Source: a virus (Duplodnaviria > Caudoviricetes). From it: DNA of 43,369 bases. The notes below the pieces were generated by a model that was not told where the DNA came from, did no database searches, and saw only the letters and a program-made list of their open reading frames with translations. The position numbers were made by a program, and so were the translations under genes. This document shows positions 15,275-22,753 of the stretch, piece after piece. Positions within the stretch are counted from its first letter, which is position 1, and each line of letters starts with the position of its first letter. Location of the stretch: the IMG/VR virus record IMGVR_UViG_3300037043_000007, positions 1 through 43,369 of that record; one strand, 5' to 3'.

Positions 15275-15463
15275 CTATGTTCTATACTTTTCTCTTAATC
15301 TCTCGCTTTCGTTAAAGTCCAATGCCTCAACTTTGTTATTGTCGTGGTCTTTCCATAACCTATCTGTATCGTAATTAGTCATACACTTTTGACACAATTG
15401 TATATCTGTTTCTATATCCATTTCACCCAAACAATCTAAACAAAGGCTATTTTGCTCGTTCAT
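15275..15463 (-). CDS. small Zn-binding early protein
   Basis: CLDC...CQKC; GGAGG RBS. Confidence 0.6.
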   Translation of the reverse strand: MNEQNSLCLDCLGEMDIETDIQLCQKCMTNYDTDRLWKDHDNNKVEALDFNESERLREKYRT

Positions 15464-15464
15464 T

Positions 15465-15707
15465 TTATACCTCCTTTAATTTATTTATTATTCTTTGATT
15501 ATCTTTTGGGCAAATTGTTTCATACTCTAAATAGTTTTCATTAGGGTATAGTATTACTGCTTTGTCCTCATTAGAATAACCCCACATAGTTTCTTTGCTC
15601 AATGTTCCAAACCCATTTCCCTCCTCGTCTTGACTTACAAACACCTCATAATCTCCAAATATGTCCTCTTGGCTCTTTAATTCTTTAATTAGTTCTGATA
15701 TTTTCAT
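15465..15707 (-). CDS. hypothetical early protein
   Basis: MKISELIKELK...GD.EV...QDEEGNGF pattern; AAGGAG RBS. Confidence 0.6.
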   Translation of the reverse strand: MKISELIKELKSQEDIFGDYEVFVSQDEEGNGFGTLSKETMWGYSNEDKAVILYPNENYLEYETICPKDNQRIINKLKEV

Positions 15708-15723
15708 ATTATTCTCCTTTCTT

Positions 15724-15921
15724 TTATATTATCCCATTTTCTTCAAATTCTTCTCTAATACCAAATTCATTTCCTAATTCCTCAAAATACTCATTCCACT
15801 CTAACAATTCTTTAATGCTTAAATTTCTTTCACTAGCCCATTGTTGCCACTCAATAGCCTCTTGCTTTGCCTCTTCTTTTGTTTTAGCCCTTGCCAAAAT
15901 GTTTTGTATTATAGGTCTCAT
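15724..15921 (-). CDS. hypothetical early protein
   Basis: 65 aa ending GIREEFEENGII. Confidence 0.6.
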   Translation of the reverse strand: MRPIIQNILARAKTKEEAKQEAIEWQQWASERNLSIKELLEWNEYFEELGNEFGIREEFEENGII

Positions 15922-16236
15922 TTTTCCCTTTCTTTTTACTTTCTTTTATAAATCTCACTCTATATTGTGTAAGCTTGTGCAAATATAAAGATAATCAATA
16001 TAAACACACCGACTAAACACATTTTTATTATTTCTTCTGCTCTTTCTTTTTCGTTCATCTTAGCTCCTTTTAGTTATACAATTACCATTTTCATTTCTAT
16101 ATTCATTACCACTTTCGTCATAATAGGTATTTGTTTCCTCATTTAGCACTAAATTATGCTCACTTATCTCTTTTTCGTTCATAGTCTTCACCTTTCTTTT
16201 ATTAACTCATTTTAATTGTTAACACAATTCAATAAA

Positions 16237-16324
16237 CACAAGGACAAAAGGCAGTGTTCGCTGTAAGCGTGGCAAGTCTTTTAATCTCGTTGCCGTTGCC
16301 GAGAACCTTTTGACACTTTTTGTG
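16237..16324 (-). ncRNA. stem-closed H-type pseudoknot RNA module
   Basis: CAAAAGG/CCTTTTG closes TCTCG-GCAAC-GGCAA-CGAGA-TTAAAAGAC-TTGCC and CGCT-TAC-AGCG. Confidence 0.55.
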
Positions 16325-16686
16325 GTATCGCCCACAATATAGAGGACAAGTTTAATTTATTTTGTAAGTGTTGGTAAGTTAATTTCTATCGCACCAACTA
16401 CTTCACCAAACTGAGTTACTACTTCATAGTATTTAGTTGTTTCTTCTTGTAGCCCGTTATAATCTATTTCATTTACTCCAACTATTCCTATTTCATATCC
16501 CCAATTCCAACTTGGTGCTGAATAAAACCCAGTTCTAAAAATGTTAGGTTGTTTATTTCCAAAAACTTCTTTCGCAAGTTTCTTTCTTTCGTCACTTAAA
16601 TACCAATTATTTAAGTCTTTATATTTTATAGTATTCATTTTTTTCCTTCTTTCCTTGTGTTTGCCCTCTATATTTTAGGCAATACC
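16324..16686 (-). repeat. 26-bp inverted repeat enclosing ORF 16357..16638
   Basis: Arms 16324-16349 and 16661-16686; on the mRNA strand 22 Watson-Crick, 3 G-U and 1 A.G. Confidence 0.85.
16357..16638 (-). CDS. hypothetical early protein inside a stem-closed cassette
   Basis: 93-aa ORF; AAGGA RBS just inside the 5' arm. Confidence 0.7.
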   Translation of the reverse strand: MNTIKYKDLNNWYLSDERKKLAKEVFGNKQPNIFRTGFYSAPSWNWGYEIGIVGVNEIDYNGLQEETTKYYEVVTQFGEVVGAIEINLPTLTK

Positions 16687-16689
16687 CTT

Positions 16690-16965
16690 GTTATATCCTA
16701 CAAGCTAAACATAAGTTTAGCCGTTTTTTTAATTGTTGCTTTTTACTTGTTGTTTTAGCCATTTGTAGCCTCTCCAACGCATATCTCCACCAAAAACCCT
16801 TAATACTCTATACTTTTCCCCCTCTATAAAACCACCATTTTTCATTAAATAGTTGTTGAACAAGTCCACCATATTATTAAAGAATAATACTTCACCATTT
16901 AATGTTTTTACTTGAATGCCCATTTTTCTACCTCATTTAATTATATTTAACTTGTAGAATATAAC
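16690..16965 (-). repeat. 25-bp inverted repeat enclosing ORF 16729..16923
   Basis: GTTATATTCTACAAGTTAAATATAA / TTATGTTTAGCTTGTAGGATATAAC: 22 Watson-Crick and 3 U-G, no mismatch on the mRNA strand. Confidence 0.85.
16729..16923 (-). CDS. hypothetical early protein inside a stem-closed cassette
   Basis: 64-aa ORF; GAGGT RBS. Confidence 0.7.
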   Translation of the reverse strand: MGIQVKTLNGEVLFFNNMVDLFNNYLMKNGGFIEGEKYRVLRVFGGDMRWRGYKWLKQQVKSNN

Positions 16966-16979
16966 TTGTTTTGCTTAAC

Positions 16980-17108
16980 GTCTTTTAATGTATCATTGTT
17001 GATAGCAACATAACCTAAATATGTTTTGGGTTCTTATGTTTTGCAACGTTCCTATTTTACGCTATCCCATTAATCGTTTTATGCTCACGTTTTTGAGCCT
17101 TAAAAGAC
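16980..17108. ncRNA. stem-closed multibranch non-coding module
   Basis: GTCTTTTAA/TTAAAAGAC closing stem; GATAGC/GCTATC, AACATAA/TTATGTT and GCTCA/TGAGC inner stems. Confidence 0.45.
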
Positions 17109-17117
17109 TATAAAATT

Positions 17118-17442
17118 ATAAGTACATCATCAAGCTATTAAGCTTGATTAATCAACACGTATAAACTTTACACGTTGCGGATTATTAAGATAAACACGTT
17201 TAAAGAATTGCATATTATTTACCCTTTTTTATTATTGTGATTATCGGTGCATAACCATAGATATTATCGGTATATTTATATACTTTATATAAGCCGTTAT
17301 TTAAAACACTCTTTAAAAGCCTATTTTTAACGCCTTTAATTGTTTTAAGCCTATATATTGCCGAATTATCACAACCACAACCACCATTCGTTAGATAATA
17401 CATTTTAATACCTCATATTAATTAACTTGATGATATACTTAT
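17118..17442 (-). repeat. 20-bp (extendable) inverted repeat enclosing ORF 17215..17403
   Basis: ATAAGTATATCATCAAGTTA / TAGCTTGATGATGTACTTAT: 18 Watson-Crick and 2 U-G on the mRNA strand. Confidence 0.85.
17215..17403 (-). CDS. hypothetical early protein inside a stem-closed cassette
   Basis: 62-aa ORF; GAGGT RBS; GGCGCD motif. Confidence 0.65.
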   Translation of the reverse strand: MYYLTNGGCGCDNSAIYRLKTIKGVKNRLLKSVLNNGLYKVYKYTDNIYGYAPIITIIKKGK

Positions 17443-17635
17443 TATTTATTTTTTAAGGTTCATTGTATTATATCTTTTGATGCTATCTTATATTTATACA
17501 ATGGTTAAAGTTCACTCTCCTGAGAATAAAAGCCTTAAAAGTGCTTGAGCTTAATACAATTTAAAAGTATATGTTATTAAATTCGTAAAGCTTTAAAGCG
17601 GTTAAGGTATCTATTCAATTTTTAAGGATAACTAA

Positions 17636-17664
17636 ATAATATCACAGATTAAAAACATTGTCAA
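17636..17664 (-). promoter_or_regulatory. leftward early sigma-70 promoter
   Basis: TTGACA-17-TATTAT with extended -10 TG. Confidence 0.75.
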
Positions 17665-17714
17665 TAGTTCAGAATAGCAAGTTAATAAAGCCAAAACGAG
17701 ATAATTAAAAAATG

Positions 17715-17852
17715 GCGGTAAAGATTAAAAGCCTTCAATTGCTACCTTAAAAGTATAAATACTAAATAGACTATAAAGCATTGATACATATTAACAGGGT
17801 AAAACTCGCGGTAAAAGATTAAAAGCCTTGAATTGCTATCTTAAACTATAAG
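17715..17852 (+). repeat. about 44-bp imperfect direct repeat, two copies
   Basis: GCGGTAAA(A)GATTAAAAGCCTT(C/G)AATTGCTA(C/T)CTTAAAA(G/C)TATAA at 17715-17758 and 17808-17852. Confidence 0.85.
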
Positions 17853-18145
17853 AAGCAATGTATAAACAAAAGAGTAGATACAATGTAGTTATGTTTAAAT
17901 GTTGCGTTGTGGTAGTCCCACACTATACAATATAAAGCTAAAGTATCCGATATTATCATCTATATCATAGCTCAATAGTGCCGATATACTCTTCTATCGG
18001 GTAAGAATAACAAGTCAATTGAGCCAAGAGAGAGGGTTGATATTAATATCTATCGGGTAATGGGGTAGTGGGGGTATTATATGAAGGGAGAGGGGAGGGG
18101 AGCTGTATGGGTCTACCCATTCTAACCATATTCCAGGGTAACGAG

Positions 18146-18184
18146 TTGACATTATCCGTAACAAGGATTATAATAGCCGTAACA
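18146..18184 (+). promoter_or_regulatory. consensus sigma-70 promoter with operator-like repeats
   Basis: TTGACA-17-TATAAT; CCGTAACA at 18156-18163 and 18177-18184. Confidence 0.85.
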
Positions 18185-18201
18185 TAAAGAGGAGAATTAG
18201 T

Positions 18202-18534
18202 ATGAAATGCATTAAGTGTAACAAAGAGTTTAAAGGGCGAGCTGATGCTAAGTTCTGTAGTGCAAACTGTAGGGTTATGGCCGCAAGAGAGAAAGAAGAC
18301 GTAAAGACTATGTCTGCAGAAGTGAAGCTTCCTAAGACTATGTCTGCACAGGAGCTGTATGATGGGATAGATTCATACCCTAAGGACAAGTGGGTGGATA
18401 GTCCAGAGCACTTAGAGTTGTTAAGGCGTTTAGAAGTTCTTTCTTTAGAAGAATTGAGAGCAGGGGGGTATAGTATACCTTCTAGACGATTAAATGAAGT
18501 AGCGATAGCTAAAGCAGCAAAGGCGAGAGCCTAA
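18202..18534 (+). CDS. Zn-finger protein, candidate regulator
   Basis: CIKC...AKFCSANCR; AGAGGAG RBS; sole gene between a promoter and a terminator. Confidence 0.7.
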   Translation: MKCIKCNKEFKGRADAKFCSANCRVMAAREKEDVKTMSAEVKLPKTMSAQELYDGIDSYPKDKWVDSPEHLELLRRLEVLSLEELRAGGYSIPSRRLNEVAIAKAAKARA

Positions 18535-18571
18535 CTAAATTGCGAGGTTAAAAAATAATAAACATAACAAA

Positions 18572-18604
18572 GGGGTGCGAATGTAAGGTTTTGCACTCTT
18601 TTTT
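18572..18604 (+). terminator. Rho-independent terminator overlapping late promoter 1
   Basis: GGGGTGCGAA-TGTAAGGT-TTTGCACTCT followed by TTTTT. Confidence 0.65.
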
Positions 18605-18623
18605 GATATAATTAAGGTAGAAG
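18583..18623 (+). promoter_or_regulatory. phage late promoter motif, copy 1
   Basis: GTAAGGTTTTG-N13-TATAAT-N4-GTAGAAG. Confidence 0.8.
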
Positions 18624-18625
18624 AT

Positions 18626-18847
18626 ATGAAAGAATACAAAAACACCATATTTGAACTGTCTGGGAAAGAGGGGGCAGACTTTAAGAATTTAAAGGTCTGT
18701 GGATTTAGTATTGATGGGAAGGAGCAGTATGGTTTTCACATCATACATCATCCTAAGAATCATTCACAAACATACTATGTTAGGGTAGTTGGCTTTGTAG
18801 ATAAACACAATACAGACAGAAATTGGGGATATACCAAGAAAGGATAA
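18626..18847 (+). CDS. hypothetical protein
   Basis: 73-aa ORF immediately after the promoter motif. Confidence 0.55.
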   Translation: MKEYKNTIFELSGKEGADFKNLKVCGFSIDGKEQYGFHIIHHPKNHSQTYYVRVVGFVDKHNTDRNWGYTKKG

Positions 18848-18849
18848 TT

Positions 18850-19386
18850 ATGTATTGGAAACCTGATTTAAGATGTGTTGTTTGTAAGAAAATCATAGAG
18901 GGAGACTCTAAACTCCAGCGAAGATTAAATGAATGTTCACGCTTTGTTAAGGGGGGTGAGCCCTGGTCTCGTATAGCGAAAGATATTGGCTGTACAAACA
19001 AGTCCCTAGGAAACCACCTAACTAAACATCAAAACCCTGACCAAGTAGCAGGAGCCATAATTAAGGGTGAGATTATACAAGGTGATGTGGTTAAACAGAG
19101 GATGAGAGCACAGGATTACACAGATAAAATACTAGAAGCTGCATTAGATGAAGATGGAAACCTAAAACAGCACATAATAGACAAGATGACACCAACAGCT
19201 GTTACACAGGCAACTAAACAGAAATTTGAATACGAGAAATGGGATGATAAGAAGTCAGCATTTGAAATGATTATGTATGCTATGGTAGCTGATTCTAGGA
19301 AGCCTGAATTAGAGAAGGAACAAAATGACAGACTTGAGTCAGGAACAACAGAGCCTACTAAAGCTGAAATTTCAGAAGGGGTATAA
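18850..19386 (+). CDS. putative terminase small subunit
   Basis: Directly upstream of the large subunit; CVVC and HTH-like WSRIAKDIGCTNKSLGNHLTKH; AAGGA RBS before ATG 18850. Confidence 0.65.
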   Translation: MYWKPDLRCVVCKKIIEGDSKLQRRLNECSRFVKGGEPWSRIAKDIGCTNKSLGNHLTKHQNPDQVAGAIIKGEIIQGDVVKQRMRAQDYTDKILEAALDEDGNLKQHIIDKMTPTAVTQATKQKFEYEKWDDKKSAFEMIMYAMVADSRKPELEKEQNDRLESGTTEPTKAEISEGV

Positions 19387-20860
19387 CGATATACCTTATT
19401 TTGCTAAAGAGTTTCTGGGCATTACGATGCACCCAGGGCAAATTGAGTTCCTAAAAAATTCCAATGAAAAGATAAATGTTTTAATACCAGGTAACAGGTG
19501 GGGTAAGACAGTCTCAGTAGCGATTAAACATATCCACCACAATTTTTATAAGTTTGGGATAAAGGTAGATGGGCCAGAAGAACTCCTTAAAGCAAGATAC
19601 GAGACCTGCAATCTATCCCCAGATTCCAAACAAGCAGAAGAAGTATTTAAAGTAGTAGTATCTATTTTAACTTCTGCATTTGCAATACGTTCAGAAGACG
19701 GGACGACCAAACCTAATAAGTGTTTATTAGAAGGATTTATCCTAACGGCGACAGAACAACCCACTATGCAAGTAGGGTTTAAGAATAACTCGCTTCTACT
19801 TATTAGACCGACAGAACACGATAAGGCTAAGTCAATAGCGGCTAAGCAGTTCGCTTATATCTCTTATGACGAAGGTTGTAAATCTAACCATTTAGAATAT
19901 GAGGTTATGTCTACTATTTTACCAAGGCTCGCAGACCTTGGTGGCACTCTAGACATACTCTCAACACCAGACGCTGAGTCACCTTCACTCATCTATTATA
20001 GGGAACTATTTTGGAGAGGTGGCGGAGATAACCACCCTAAACAGGAAGGCTATTACTCACAAGAAGGCTCAGCATTAGAAAACCCATACCTACCCAAGGA
20101 CTATGAGTATCAAATGAAACTACAATATGGTAAAGACCCATTATTGTTACAGGTAGTTTATGGTAAGTTCGTTATCACTGGCTCTAAAACCTTTGACGAT
20201 GAAGATATTTTAAACGCAGTTGATGAGAGTATGGAAGATTTTATACAGTTTAAGCCAGGGCATAAGTACACTATGGGGGTAGATACTGCTGCTGGTGGAG
20301 ACTTTTTTGTAATATGCGTCATAGACGTATCAACTAACCCGCTTGAAATAGTTAGATGGTCACGGAAAAAAGGTGCCGAACAACCTCCTACTCTCCATTT
20401 GCAGGACATAGTAGACATATTCGACCACTACAATCAAGAGAGCCAAGTTGAATTTATAATGGATTCCTCTAACGAGGCTGGTCTTTTATGGCAAGATATG
20501 CTTCCAGATAGGATTAAGAACCTTGCAACCTTCTATGGGTTCGGTAATAGAAGAAGAATAGAGGGGCTCCCTACTGACCCTAGGTTTAATCCGATGATAA
20601 ATACAAAAGAACAAATAATACTTTCAATAAAAAAAGCATTGTCAGATGGTAAGGGCGAACGAAAACCATATGGCAAAATTAGATACCCAAGAATTAAAGA
20701 ACTAATTAACGAGTTATCTATCTACAGAAAACGAGAACGAGGTAAGCGTGATGATAAATTCACGACTGACTGCGTAATCGGCTTCGGTTTAGCTCTCTAT
20801 CAGGCAACTGATGGTCAGCCACAGAACACCGAAATGGTTGCTGTAGGAGTAAACTGGTAA
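19325..20860 (+). CDS. terminase large subunit
   Basis: HPGQ, GNRWGKT (Walker A), YISYDEG (Walker B), STP, MGVDTA (RNase H nuclease) and DCVIGFGLA motifs. Confidence 0.92.
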   Translation: MTDLSQEQQSLLKLKFQKGYNDIPYFAKEFLGITMHPGQIEFLKNSNEKINVLIPGNRWGKTVSVAIKHIHHNFYKFGIKVDGPEELLKARYETCNLSPDSKQAEEVFKVVVSILTSAFAIRSEDGTTKPNKCLLEGFILTATEQPTMQVGFKNNSLLLIRPTEHDKAKSIAAKQFAYISYDEGCKSNHLEYEVMSTILPRLADLGGTLDILSTPDAESPSLIYYRELFWRGGGDNHPKQEGYYSQEGSALENPYLPKDYEYQMKLQYGKDPLLLQVVYGKFVITGSKTFDDEDILNAVDESMEDFIQFKPGHKYTMGVDTAAGGDFFVICVIDVSTNPLEIVRWSRKKGAEQPPTLHLQDIVDIFDHYNQESQVEFIMDSSNEAGLLWQDMLPDRIKNLATFYGFGNRRRIEGLPTDPRFNPMINTKEQIILSIKKALSDGKGERKPYGKIRYPRIKELINELSIYRKRERGKRDDKFTTDCVIGFGLALYQATDGQPQNTEMVAVGVNW

Positions 20861-20868
20861 GGACTAAA

Positions 20869-22743
20869 ATGGCAATACTAGATGTATTCAAAAAGAAAAA
20901 AGAAGTTAAAGTAAAAGAAGAAAAAGACGCTAAAATTATCCACGTTATAGAGGGTGAGATTGCTAAAGGTAAACAAGATGTAGTTGAACGAAATGACTAC
21001 ATTACATATAGACACGAGATAGTCTACGGCGATAAGATGATGGAAGAAGCGAACCTTCCTAAAGATTTCGATATGACAGACTTCAACTTCGCACCGAGAA
21101 TCCTTGATATACATACATCTCAGTTAATGGGTAAGGGTTTCTTTATTGGAACTAATTATGACAAGATTGACACATCTATTATAGAAGACCAAAGAATGGA
21201 TAAGACTTCTGGGCAAATGCTAGAAAACCCAGAGAAGAAAGAAGCATTCCTAACAAACGAGGCTAGGAAAGCTAAGGCACAGGCAGTTAAGAAGTTGGTA
21301 GATGCTATCATTAAAGACAATGGTGGCTACTCACTATTTAAAGATGGCTCTAGGATAGGCTCAGCTTACGGAACTACAGTTATGAAATACTGGGTTGAAA
21401 AAGAGAATGGACAAGTAAAGCCTAAAATCAAACTAATAGAGAAACTAAAAAACTATTATGCTATATGGAAACAGGATGACTTCAGAGAAAGAAGTGCTGA
21501 TGTTTTTAGATATAAAATGGAACTTGATGAGGCTAATAGACGCTACGCAGAGTTCTTAGGGAAAGATGAATCATTTTCCGCTGATGTAATAACTGAAGAC
21601 AACACAGAAGACGAGACTATACCTATGTGTACTATCACAGACTACACTGGAGTACACCCACTAGGGCTTAAAAAGGATGGCGAACCGATTATAGTTAATA
21701 TACTTTATATCGGGAACAAAGTTATTCAGTCAATAAATATGGATGGAAGTGAGCCAGCTAAAGTGCCTGGTTATATTTTAGTTAGAAATAAAATAGAATT
21801 AGGTGAAGCTTGGGGACTATCTGACCTATCTGCTCAATTCATATCACAAAACATAGGCTACATTGAGAGAATGTCAGAAGAAACAACTAAAGTGCAGAAA
21901 TTCCACTTTCCTATCGGTCTTGCTATTGGTTATAACCAAGCAACAATCCCCAAAAAGAATAAAAGAGAAACTACAATTATACCAGCTAACCCAGGGCAAG
22001 ATATTAAATTCGTTCAGCCACCTGTTGTATCATACGAATATCCCAAGATTATGGATGAGCTTAAAGAAGCTATGGCTAAGTCATCTGGTGTTGGTAGAAT
22101 TATGTTTGAGAACCCACAGATTAACTATGACTCAGCTGAAGCATTAATGATGGGTATGAAATCCATACTTGATGTTGTTGAAGAGAAACAAGACAGATGG
22201 ACACCAGAACTTATTAAAATGTTCTCTGATTTAATTTATAAGATGAGACAGCTAGATAGAGCTGTTCGTGAAGCAATACCAGAAGATATAGAAATATATA
22301 TAGAGTGGCCATCAGTCCTCCGAAAAGAAAGTGCCGCTTATAGAACTATGCTTCTAAATGACTTACAGCGTGGAGCTATGTCACTTGAAACCTACCTAGA
22401 GAAAACTGGAGTTCAAGACCCATCTGAAGAATTAGACAGGATTAGAACTGAAGCTACAGATGATGTCATTGGCCCAATAGTATTCCCACAAGCCTACCAA
22501 ATGATGAAAGCACAAGATATGCAAGACAAACAAGAAGATATGATGGAAGCACAGCAAGCTCAAATGGGTATGCAACCAGAAATGGAACAGGGTGGTGAAG
22601 GATTGCCTGGAGTAGGCTCACAGCCTAACCCAACATTAACTCCTGGACAAAACCAAGAAAACGCACAACCATTACCTCAGCGTGGGCAGATGCCTACAGC
22701 GACACCTGAGGGAGCAATAGCACAAAAGAACTTTGTAGGTTAA
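20869..22743 (+). CDS. portal protein
   Basis: Follows the terminase; 624 aa; WGLSDL, IEWPSVL and Q/M/P-rich C-terminus typical of portals. Confidence 0.8.
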   Translation: MAILDVFKKKKEVKVKEEKDAKIIHVIEGEIAKGKQDVVERNDYITYRHEIVYGDKMMEEANLPKDFDMTDFNFAPRILDIHTSQLMGKGFFIGTNYDKIDTSIIEDQRMDKTSGQMLENPEKKEAFLTNEARKAKAQAVKKLVDAIIKDNGGYSLFKDGSRIGSAYGTTVMKYWVEKENGQVKPKIKLIEKLKNYYAIWKQDDFRERSADVFRYKMELDEANRRYAEFLGKDESFSADVITEDNTEDETIPMCTITDYTGVHPLGLKKDGEPIIVNILYIGNKVIQSINMDGSEPAKVPGYILVRNKIELGEAWGLSDLSAQFISQNIGYIERMSEETTKVQKFHFPIGLAIGYNQATIPKKNKRETTIIPANPGQDIKFVQPPVVSYEYPKIMDELKEAMAKSSGVGRIMFENPQINYDSAEALMMGMKSILDVVEEKQDRWTPELIKMFSDLIYKMRQLDRAVREAIPEDIEIYIEWPSVLRKESAAYRTMLLNDLQRGAMSLETYLEKTGVQDPSEELDRIRTEATDDVIGPIVFPQAYQMMKAQDMQDKQEDMMEAQQAQMGMQPEMEQGGEGLPGVGSQPNPTLTPGQNQENAQPLPQRGQMPTATPEGAIAQKNFVG

Positions 22744-22753
22744 GGAGCACTAA

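Noticed and set aside
16237-17442. Integron attC cassettes or MITEs
   Set aside because: No integrase or transposase, no shared GTTRRRY core or target-site duplications were seen, and the arms differ between cassettes and enclose the gene rather than follow it.
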